The translations under genes and the position numbers were made by a program. This document shows positions 1-6,957 of a DNA stretch of 32,000 nucleotides, piece after piece. Below the pieces are notes generated by a model. The model was not told the DNA's origin, did no database searches, and saw only the letters and a program-made list of their open reading frames with translations. Source of the DNA: Lachnospiraceae bacterium (GTDB lineage: Bacteria > Bacillota > Clostridia > Lachnospirales > Lachnospiraceae); assembly GCA_016280395.1 (NCBI GenBank), contig JAEEGQ010000056.1:156181-188180 (forward strand), read 5' to 3'. Every line of letters begins with the position of its first letter. Position 1 is the stretch's first letter.

Positions 1-2
1 CA

Positions 3-485
3 GTTGAAAAAGCACGGAATTTCGTTCATAATTTTGATAGCGAATTCAAGAACCTGCTCATTACCGGGAACACCGGCACAGGCAAAACATTCCTCTGCAA
101 CTGCATCGCAAAGGAACTCCTTGACAGCGGTCATTCCGTTGTATACCAGACGGAATACGAGCTTTTCGACGCGCTTGTCGCGCATACCTTTTCAGGAAGC
201 GATCCGGATGTCGGGTATAAGTATGAGTGCATTGCCGAATGCGACCTTCTTGTCATAGACGATATGGGCACCGGCTTTAACAATTCGCTGACAAATACAG
301 AGTTTTTCAGGATCCTGAACGAACGCCTGTTAAACCGCAGATCCACACTTATTTCCACCAATCTGCATTTTGAGGATATACAGAACAACTACAGTGAACG
401 TGTGTTATCACGCATCATAGGCTCCTACGATTTCATCGAGCTCTACGGCGCCGACATACGAAAGCTGAAGAAAATCTCCAACTGA
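3..485 (+). CDS. DnaC/DnaI-like AAA+ helicase-loader ATPase; 5' end lies outside the window
   Basis: Frame 3 is open from the window edge. The translation reads ...NLLITGNTGTGKTFLCNCIAKELL (Walker A), then ...CDLLVIDDMG (Walker B), then RSTLISTNLHFEDI. The ORF track shows only the part after an internal Met (264..485). Confidence 0.7.
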   Translation, partial: VEKARNFVHNFDSEFKNLLITGNTGTGKTFLCNCIAKELLDSGHSVVYQTEYELFDALVAHTFSGSDPDVGYKYECIAECDLLVIDDMGTGFNNSLTNTEFFRILNERLLNRRSTLISTNLHFEDIQNNYSERVLSRIIGSYDFIELYGADIRKLKKISN

Positions 486-506
486 AGAAAGCAGGAGGGC
501 AGTCCA

Positions 507-1682
507 ATGGCCAGGCAACAGGTTACACTTGATTCGATCCCGGTAGGTCCCCTTGGGATAATCGCTCTTGAGAGCAGCCGCAAGATCGGGCAAAAAGTCA
601 ACAATTACATTACCGAGTGGCGCAAAGAACGCGTACTTGAGGATTCGGTAAGTATTTCTGTCGACGATTACAAGAAGGATTCCTACCTTGTTGAGTCACA
701 GTGTCCGCGTTTCGGGACCGGCGAGGCCAAGGGCCTTATCCGTTCTTCCGTTCGCGGCGACGACATCTACATCCTCCTTGATGTCACAAATTACAGCATA
801 ACCTATACGGTAAGCGGGCACCTGAACCACATGTCCCCTGACGATCACTACCAGGATCTTAAGAGGATAATCGCCGCGATGGCCGGCAAAGCCCGCAGGA
901 TCACCGTCATCATGCCTTTCCTTTACGAAAGCCGCCAGCACAAGAGGAGCACAAGGGAATCCCTTGACTGCGCGCTTGCGCTGCAGGAGCTTATGAATAT
1001 GGGCGTTGAGAGCGTCATCACCTTTGATGCCCACGACCCGAGAGTCCAGAACGCCATCCCGCTCAAGACTTTCGAGACCATCCGTCCCACCTACCAGTTT
1101 ATAAAAGCACTCCTGCGCAATGTTCCCGACCTCACGATAGATGCCGACCATCTCATGATGATAAGCCCCGACGAAGGTGCAATGGACCGTGCCGTTTACT
1201 TTGCGAACGTCCTCGGCGTTGACATGGGTATGTTCTACAAGCGCCGCGACTACACTGTCATCGAGAACGGTAAGAACCCCATCGTTGCACATGAATTCCT
1301 TGGTTCAAACGTTGAAGGCAAGGACTGTATCGTTGTTGACGATATGATCTCTTCCGGCGAGAGCATGCTGGATGTGGCCATCGAATTAAAGAAGCGCAAG
1401 GCCAACAGGATCTTCGTATGCTCCACCTTCGGTCTTTTCACCAACGGCTTAAAGCGTTTTGACGAGGCTTACAAGGAAGGCCTTATCTACAGGATCATCA
1501 CAACGAACCTTGTCTACCAGACAGACGAGCTGCTCTCAAGACCTTACTACATAAGCGCCGACATGAGCAAATACATTGCGATCCTTATAGACACGCTTAA
1601 TCACGACCAGTCTATAAGCGAGCTGCTGGATCCGACCGACAGGATCAGGAAGATATTAAAGAAATACAAGAAAACACAGTAA
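507..1682 (+). CDS. prs: Ribose-phosphate pyrophosphokinase (PRPP synthetase), long form
   Basis: 391-aa ORF with AGGAGGG 7 nt upstream of ATG 507. RITVIMPFLYESRQHKR resembles the Prs catalytic flexible-loop region. VVDDMISSGESMLD is a PRPP-binding loop. Confidence 0.85.
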   Translation: MARQQVTLDSIPVGPLGIIALESSRKIGQKVNNYITEWRKERVLEDSVSISVDDYKKDSYLVESQCPRFGTGEAKGLIRSSVRGDDIYILLDVTNYSITYTVSGHLNHMSPDDHYQDLKRIIAAMAGKARRITVIMPFLYESRQHKRSTRESLDCALALQELMNMGVESVITFDAHDPRVQNAIPLKTFETIRPTYQFIKALLRNVPDLTIDADHLMMISPDEGAMDRAVYFANVLGVDMGMFYKRRDYTVIENGKNPIVAHEFLGSNVEGKDCIVVDDMISSGESMLDVAIELKKRKANRIFVCSTFGLFTNGLKRFDEAYKEGLIYRIITTNLVYQTDELLSRPYYISADMSKYIAILIDTLNHDQSISELLDPTDRIRKILKKYKKTQ

Positions 1683-1703
1683 CCACGGTTAATGTTCATA
1701 AAA

Positions 1704-1734
1704 CCCCTTGAGGCGTGCCTTGAGGGGCTTTTTT
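1704..1734 (+). terminator. Rho-independent terminator after prs
   Basis: CCCCTTGAGG-cgtg-CCTTGAGGGG forms a 10-bp stem (two G.U pairs) followed by CTTTTTT, 22 nt after the prs stop. Confidence 0.55.
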
Positions 1735-1748
1735 GAAAGGAGCTTTGG

Positions 1749-2549
1749 ATGAAATACAGACTTATCGCCTCGGATATGGACGGAACACTGCTTACAGATG
1801 ACAAGAGGGTTACGGACAGGACTCTTAACGCGATCAAAAAAGCCCTTGAAAAAGGGGCTGTCTTTGCCGTATCCAGCGGCCGCTCCATCTATTTCTGCGA
1901 CTTTTTCGAAAAGCTCACCGGACTTTCCGGCATCCCCTTCATCCTGTACAACGGCGCAAAGATCGTAGGCGGACCGGACCACAGGGTCATCCGGAACCTT
2001 TTCATGTCGCAGGAAGACGCCCTGTGGCTTATCGAGGAGGGCTGCCGCATCCGGACAACGGTTATCGTATGGGCTGACGACCTCCTGTATGTGAACGAGA
2101 TAAATGACCGCGTGAGAAGCTACGAAAAGCTGGCTCTTACAAGTCCCGTCCTTATCACAGATCCAAAAGAGACAGTGAAAAAGGGCGTATCGAAGATCCT
2201 GTGGTTCGACACCGCCGAAAGAGCTCCTTTTCTCCGCGAGCTTCTAGACACCTGCCCCATTGCGGACCATATAAAATACTACACCTCGGACCCGCGTTTT
2301 ATGGAGATCATGGATGTGAACAGCTCAAAGGCCCGCGCCCTCGAGGCCCTCGCAGAAAGCTTCGGGATTAAGCGTGAAGAGGTGATCGCCTTAGGTGATG
2401 GCTTCAACGACATTCCCATGCTTGAATGGGCAGGCCTTGGGATCGCCATGGAAAACGCCTGCGACCGTGTAAAGGCCGCAGCGGATGAGATCACTGCCTC
2501 AAACGAAGAGGACGGAGTTGCGCTGGTGCTGGAGAAATATTTTGGGTGA
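1749..2549 (+). CDS. Cof-type HAD-IIB family phosphatase (copy 1)
   Basis: 266 aa. N-terminal IASDMDGTLL (the DxDGT nucleophile motif), a SSGR motif and a C-terminal GDGFNDIPMLEWAGLGIAMENA (HAD motif IV). GGAG lies upstream of the ATG. Confidence 0.8.
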   Translation: MKYRLIASDMDGTLLTDDKRVTDRTLNAIKKALEKGAVFAVSSGRSIYFCDFFEKLTGLSGIPFILYNGAKIVGGPDHRVIRNLFMSQEDALWLIEEGCRIRTTVIVWADDLLYVNEINDRVRSYEKLALTSPVLITDPKETVKKGVSKILWFDTAERAPFLRELLDTCPIADHIKYYTSDPRFMEIMDVNSSKARALEALAESFGIKREEVIALGDGFNDIPMLEWAGLGIAMENACDRVKAAADEITASNEEDGVALVLEKYFG

Positions 2550-2554
2550 AGGAT

Positions 2555-2623
2555 GCCAACTCGCCGAAAATTTTCACGCCAACTCGCCGAAAAATTTCCT
2601 GCCAACTCGCCGAAAAAGTATTG
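2555..2623. repeat. Three head-to-tail 23-nt direct repeats, GCCAACTCGCCGAAAA(A)TTTC..
   Basis: Read directly: copies start at 2555, 2578 and 2601. The first 16 nt are identical in all three, and the third copy runs into the -35 hexamer. Confidence 0.9.
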
Positions 2624-2649
2624 ACAAACCGCATAAAATCAGGTATTCT
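2621..2649 (+). promoter_or_regulatory. Sigma-70-type promoter for the ATPase gene
   Basis: TTGACA (2621-2626), a 17-nt spacer, then TATTCT (2644-2649). GAGGTGG RBS at 2659-2665 and ATG at 2670. Confidence 0.55.
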
Positions 2650-2669
2650 TTTGTTTGCGAGGTGGCGTA

Positions 2670-3944
2670 ATGAAAGAATACAAAAAACGTATTGCAGACA
2701 TTCTGCTAACAGAAAAATTAGAAGAAAAAGGGGCTGTTGTTATAGAGGGTCCGAAATGGTGTGGAAAAACCACAACAGCAATGCAGGTAGCAAAAAGTGT
2801 ACTCCGAATGGACGAGCCTCAAAAAAGAGATGCCAATATCAGGCTGTCCGAACTCGCCCCAACAGAGTTACTCAAAGGCGACACGCCCAGACTTCTTGAC
2901 GAGTGGCAGATAGCTCCCAAAGTATGGGACGCCGTAAGATATGAAGTTGACATAAGAGATGATGAAGGGCAATTTATTTTAACGGGATCTGCAGTGCCTG
3001 TTGATTCGAACGAGATTGTACATTCTGGAACCGGAAGATTTACATGGCTCTCTATGAGACCTATGTCATTGTTTGAATCCGGCGAGTCAAGCGGAGAAGT
3101 CAGTCTTGAAGATCTTTTTTTATCACCGGAACGCATATCCGGAAAAAGCAACCTGGACATCAATACTTTGGCATATGTGATCTGTCGGGGCGGGTGGCCC
3201 AGAGCTATCGGCATGAAAGAAAAAGCTGCACTTGCACAAGCTGTAGATTATTATGACGGAGTAGTAAAATCAGATATCAACAGAGCTGACGGTATCAGTA
3301 AAAACCCTGAAAGAGTTAAAAAGCTTATGCGATCGTATGCCAGGAATCAGGGCGGTCAAGTAGCTGCCACTCTTATCCGAGATGATATTTCTGCTAATGA
3401 CACAGACACTCTTAGCGATGATACGGTAGTCAGTTATATTAATGCATTAAAAAAGATTTTTGTTATAGAAGATATGCCTGCATGGAATCCGAATCTTCGC
3501 TCCAGAACCGCGATCAGGACCTCCGATACAAGATATTATACAGATCCTTCGATTGCGACAGCTGCACTTGGAATTAGTCCAAAAGATCTGGTCAACGATC
3601 CGGAAACACTGGGGCTTCTTTTCGAGACCATGTGTGTACGAGATCTAAGAGTTTACAGTGAAGCCATCGGAGGCCAGGTGCTTCATTACAGAGATAAATC
3701 CGGACTCGAATGTGATACCGTGATTCATCTCAGGAATGGCAAATATGGTCTTGTAGAGATTAAGCTCGGAGGTAATAAACTTATTTCTGAAGGAGTAAAA
3801 AACCTTACAAATCTGCGGGATAAGATCGATACCTCAAAGATGAATCCGCCTTCATTCATGGCAATTGTAGTCGGAATAGGGGAATATGCCTACAGAAGAG
3901 AAGACGGAATATATATTATTCCAATTTCTTGTTTGAAAAATTAA
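2670..3944 (+). CDS. AAA+ ATPase of the COG1373 / AAA_14 + DUF4143 type
   Basis: Walker A is GPKWCGKTT. LDEWQ follows the Walker B-like RLLLDE region. The C-terminal half has the pattern typical of DUF4143 proteins. I prefer ATG 2670, which has an RBS, over the track's TTG at 2655. The region is AT-richer than its flanks. Confidence 0.75.
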   Translation: MKEYKKRIADILLTEKLEEKGAVVIEGPKWCGKTTTAMQVAKSVLRMDEPQKRDANIRLSELAPTELLKGDTPRLLDEWQIAPKVWDAVRYEVDIRDDEGQFILTGSAVPVDSNEIVHSGTGRFTWLSMRPMSLFESGESSGEVSLEDLFLSPERISGKSNLDINTLAYVICRGGWPRAIGMKEKAALAQAVDYYDGVVKSDINRADGISKNPERVKKLMRSYARNQGGQVAATLIRDDISANDTDTLSDDTVVSYINALKKIFVIEDMPAWNPNLRSRTAIRTSDTRYYTDPSIATAALGISPKDLVNDPETLGLLFETMCVRDLRVYSEAIGGQVLHYRDKSGLECDTVIHLRNGKYGLVEIKLGGNKLISEGVKNLTNLRDKIDTSKMNPPSFMAIVVGIGEYAYRREDGIYIIPISCLKN

Positions 3945-4040
3945 ACGGCGAGGTTTTCTGCAAATGCCGAAGCAGCTTCATTATTAAATGAAATAAAAGA
4001 CCGCCAATACACTAAGGAATCATCAGAATATAACATTCCT

Positions 4041-4262
4041 ATGTCTTTCAAGGCGGTAATGCTTACCAATAATAATATTCAGAAGTGTCTTACGACATAT
4101 ATTCAGAATCATGAATCTGAAATAATCGGTAACCCAAAAGATGAACAGGTTGCATTTATCAAAGAACTAACCAGATTAGGTTTTGACTATATCATAACCA
4201 CAAACTACACATACGAAATTGAACAGAGCATGTTGGCACTCCAATTTGTTAGGTGCAAATAA
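4041..4262 (+). pseudogene. Truncated ORF with a SIR2_2-like motif (GFDYIITTNYTYEIEQ); possible remnant of a SIR2-family gene
   Basis: LTRLGFDYIITTNYTYEIEQSM resembles the hxxhhTTNYDxLhE block of SIR2_2 proteins such as ThsA. No GAGxS NAD loop is seen; AVMLTNNNI sits at the expected place. Homology is cut at about 4235 by the inverted M23 fragment. The RBS is poor. Confidence 0.3.
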
Positions 4263-4420
4263 TAACAATATACTTTCGCTCCGCCTAAATCGGTAAGAAT
4301 CTTCACAATATTTCCGCCACCTCCTCTATCCCAACCAAAGTCGACACCAACACCGTCGAGGGCAGATACAACTAAATCTCCCGTTCTTCCAACAATATCA
4401 ATACCGGAATGCAAATTCTG
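4236..4420 (-). pseudogene. Internal fragment of an M23 peptidase gene (active-site region only)
   Basis: The translation HSGIDIVGRTGDLVVSALDGVGVDFGWDRGGGGNIVKILTDLGGAKVYCYYLHLTNWS is about 66% identical by hand count to residues of the intact M23 gene at 8909..10087. Both the N- and C-terminal parts are missing. Confidence 0.75.
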
Positions 4421-4672
4421 ATCACCAACGGTTTGAAGCGTTTTGACGAGGCTTACAAGGAAGTCCTTATCTACAGGATCATCACAACGAACCTTGTCTA
4501 CCAGACAGACGAGCTGCTCTCAAGGCCGTATTACATAAGCGCCGACATGAGCAAATACATTGCGATCCTTATAGACACGCTAAATCACGACCAGTCTATC
4601 AGCGAGCTTCTCGACCCGACAGACAGGATAAGAAAGATCTTAAAGAAATATAAAAAGGGTTCAAACCTGTAA
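4418..4672 (+). pseudogene. Orphan 3' fragment of prs (last ~80 codons)
   Basis: ILITNGLKRFDEAYKEVLIYRIITTNLVYQTDELLSRPYYISADMSKYIAILIDTLNHDQSISELLDPTDRIRKILKKYKK matches the C-terminus of the live Prs. About 9 of 10 nucleotides are identical over roughly 225 nt by hand alignment. No upstream part of the gene is present. Confidence 0.85.
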
Positions 4673-4677
4673 ACAAC

Positions 4678-5475
4678 ATGAAATATAAGCTTATTGCTTC
4701 CGATATGGACGGAACTCTCCTTACAACGGACAAGAAGGTATCGGAACGCACCATCAATGCAATTAAAAACGCAATATCAAAAGGAGCGGTCTTTGCTGTA
4801 TCAAGCGGCCGCCCCTTGTATTTTTGCGATATGTTCGAGAATCTGACAGGCATTCGCGATATCCCGTTTATCCTTTATAACGGCGCAAAGATCGCTGTCG
4901 GACCGGACCATGAGATAATCCACCGCAGGGAGCTCTCTCCTTCTGATGCTCTGTGGCTTATAAACGAGGGAAACCGCGTAAAGACCACGGTTATTGTCTG
5001 GGCGAACGACCTGCTCTACGTGAACGAGTTCAACGAGCGGACAGACAGCTACCAGCGGCTTTCGCTGATAAAGCCCGTTCTTATCCGCGATCCCGAAGAG
5101 CTTGTTAAAAACGGGGCGTCTAAGGTTTTATGGTTCGATACCGTGGAACGCGCTCCTTATCTGCACAGTATTCTTGATAACGGCGAGATAAGCAGGAATA
5201 TCAGCTATTACACTTCCCACCCTCAGTTCATGGAGATAGTGGACAGAAACTGCTCAAAGGCTCTTGCCCTTGAAGCCCTTGCAAACCGCTACGGTATCCG
5301 CCGCGAAGAAGTGATCGCCGTAGGCGACGGCTATAACGACCTCCCGATGCTTGAATGGGCAGGCCTTAGCGTTGCCGTTGCAAATGCCGAAGAGGCCATA
5401 AAGGAACAGGTGCAGGAAATAACCGCTTCGAATGATGAAGACGGGGTTGCGATGCTGCTGGAGAAGTATTTCTGA
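4678..5475 (+). CDS. Cof-type HAD-IIB family phosphatase (copy 2)
   Basis: 265 aa, colinear with copy 1 and roughly 65-75% identical by eye. It carries the same IASDMDGTLL, SSGR and GDGYNDLPMLEWAG motifs. Confidence 0.8.
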   Translation: MKYKLIASDMDGTLLTTDKKVSERTINAIKNAISKGAVFAVSSGRPLYFCDMFENLTGIRDIPFILYNGAKIAVGPDHEIIHRRELSPSDALWLINEGNRVKTTVIVWANDLLYVNEFNERTDSYQRLSLIKPVLIRDPEELVKNGASKVLWFDTVERAPYLHSILDNGEISRNISYYTSHPQFMEIVDRNCSKALALEALANRYGIRREEVIAVGDGYNDLPMLEWAGLSVAVANAEEAIKEQVQEITASNDEDGVAMLLEKYF

Positions 5476-5488
5476 GGTAGATTGCCGT

Positions 5489-5744
5489 CTGCAGCGGCGG
5501 GATATGCCCTTGCACTACGGCTCGACCGTTCGAGCATAGCTCGGACGGATTACGCTAAAAACGCGTCACAGGCGCGTTTTCTTAACGCTCCATCGTCGCA
5601 GGTCGCCTTTTTGCTCCTGCTTTGGCGCTCTCGGAAAAAAATCCTCGTCCGCTTCGCGGAACGCGCGTCGCATTCGCGGCGAACCTGCGACTCGCTACGA
5701 AAGCCTCGCTCGTAGACGTGCTGCGGGGCATCCCGCAGCTGCAG
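5489..5744. repeat. GC-rich structured intergenic element bounded by ~20-bp inverted repeats
   Basis: Left end CTGCAGCGGCGGGATATGCCC (5489-5509). The reverse complement of the right end GGGCATCCCGCAGCTGCAG (5726-5744) matches it at 18 positions with one mismatch and one 2-nt gap. Internal hairpins include CTCGAccgtTCGAG, AAAACGCG-7nt-CGCGTTTT and CTACGA-9nt-TCGTAG. Confidence 0.5.
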
Positions 5745-5760
5745 GCGCGAAGCTCTCTGC

Positions 5761-6537
5761 TTAAAACTCTTGATTATTCTGTTTATTTCTTTTTTTCACT
5801 TTCGAAAACAACAAAATAAAAAAGGGACCAATAAACAGCAAGATGCTTATCCATTGGGAAGTCGATAATCCAAGATAAATCCCCCTTATAAGATCTCCTC
5901 TAAAAAATTCTAGGCAAAACCTGATAGATGCATATGAACAAAAATATATAGCTAACAGATTGATTGGTTTTTTTATCCTTGCGGAAACTACCATCAGAAC
6001 GACAAAGAGGATTATATTCAGCAAAGATTCGACAATCTGTATGGGAAACACTCTATGATCAACGGTCTTGAGGCAGACCGAAAAACGTCCGCTATAAGGA
6101 AAGCCGTAGCAACATCCGCCTAAAAGGCACCCTATTCTTCCAATAGCGTGTCCAAGCGGCACTGTTGGAACCGCAGCCTTGACGAACATCTCCAGTGATA
6201 TCCCTTGAAACAGATGAAGGCTTAGCAGCGCAGCAGCTGTGCCTCCTATCAACCCACCATAAAAGACAATTCCCGGATTTGTTAAAAAATCTAATCTCCC
6301 TGCTTTTATATCTTCTATAACGTTCGAAATCCCATAGGAAACGAACAAATAAACAAAATAACCCCCCAGTATTGCACCTAAAAATGTTACGGCTATAACT
6401 ACAAATGCATAGTCAACATCGCCTTGCATTTTCCGAATACGGATAAGAGTCAATGTAGATGCCGTTACAAATCCAGTCGTTAAAAGCAGCCCATATAACG
6501 GAATGACATACGGACCAATGTGTATAAATGGAAACAT
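5761..6537 (-). CDS. lgt: Prolipoprotein diacylglyceryl transferase
   Basis: Polytopic membrane protein with FYGGLIGG and GRIGCLLGGCCYG (Cys-rich variant of the Lgt signature). ATG 6537 is preceded by AGGAGA; the track's upstream extension to 6591 lacks an RBS. The gene is AT-rich. Confidence 0.8.
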   Translation of the reverse strand: MFPFIHIGPYVIPLYGLLLTTGFVTASTLTLIRIRKMQGDVDYAFVVIAVTFLGAILGGYFVYLFVSYGISNVIEDIKAGRLDFLTNPGIVFYGGLIGGTAAALLSLHLFQGISLEMFVKAAVPTVPLGHAIGRIGCLLGGCCYGFPYSGRFSVCLKTVDHRVFPIQIVESLLNIILFVVLMVVSARIKKPINLLAIYFCSYASIRFCLEFFRGDLIRGIYLGLSTSQWISILLFIGPFFILLFSKVKKRNKQNNQEF

Positions 6538-6615
6538 AATGGTTCTCCTGAGCAAGCAATATACATAAAAAACGGCAATTTGCCAAGGCAAACTGCCGTT
6601 TTTTGATCCTGGCCA

Positions 6616-6879
6616 TTACATACTTCTTAATGCCGTACCAAGTACTCCTGCACACATTGAGCACGCAATAACGAAAATAAGGCTAAATACCAAGCCGATT
6701 ATCGAGCACACAAGGCCGCCGGTAGCTAATCCCTTGGATTCAGGATTCTTTCTGCCAAGAGCACCAAGGATCACACCTATAATACCCACGATGCAACCAA
6801 TCCACGAAAAGCCTAATCCGCCAAGTGCCACTCCACAGACAAGTGAAAGAATACCTAAGATTAATGAAGCGATTCCCAT
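6616..6879 (-). CDS. Small Gly-rich membrane protein, DUF4190-like
   Basis: 87 aa with three hydrophobic segments: GIASLILGILSLVCG, IVGIIGVILGALGRK and LVCSIIGLVFSLIFVI. AGGAGA RBS is upstream. It sits between the lipoprotein gene and lgt on the same strand. Confidence 0.6.
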   Translation of the reverse strand: MGIASLILGILSLVCGVALGGLGFSWIGCIVGIIGVILGALGRKNPESKGLATGGLVCSIIGLVFSLIFVIACSMCAGVLGTALRSM

Positions 6880-6957
6880 ACATCTATCTCCTTTCTCTGA
6901 GACTTATCAAATACCAGCAGACGGTATTCAATTCAAGATTTCCCTACAATTAAGCAA

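Noticed and set aside
696-1292. 198-aa minus-strand ORF inside prs, and similar antisense ORFs at 12024..12626, 16659..17321, 21975..22610 and 23429..23983
   Set aside because: Each lies wholly antisense to a confidently identified gene in GC-rich coding DNA, where long antisense ORFs are expected by chance.
5482-5819. 77-aa and 65-aa ORFs in the GC-rich spacer after HAD-2
   Set aside because: They have no RBS and Arg/Ser/Leu/Ala-rich composition, and they coincide with the hairpin-rich element bounded by inverted repeats. They are more likely non-coding.
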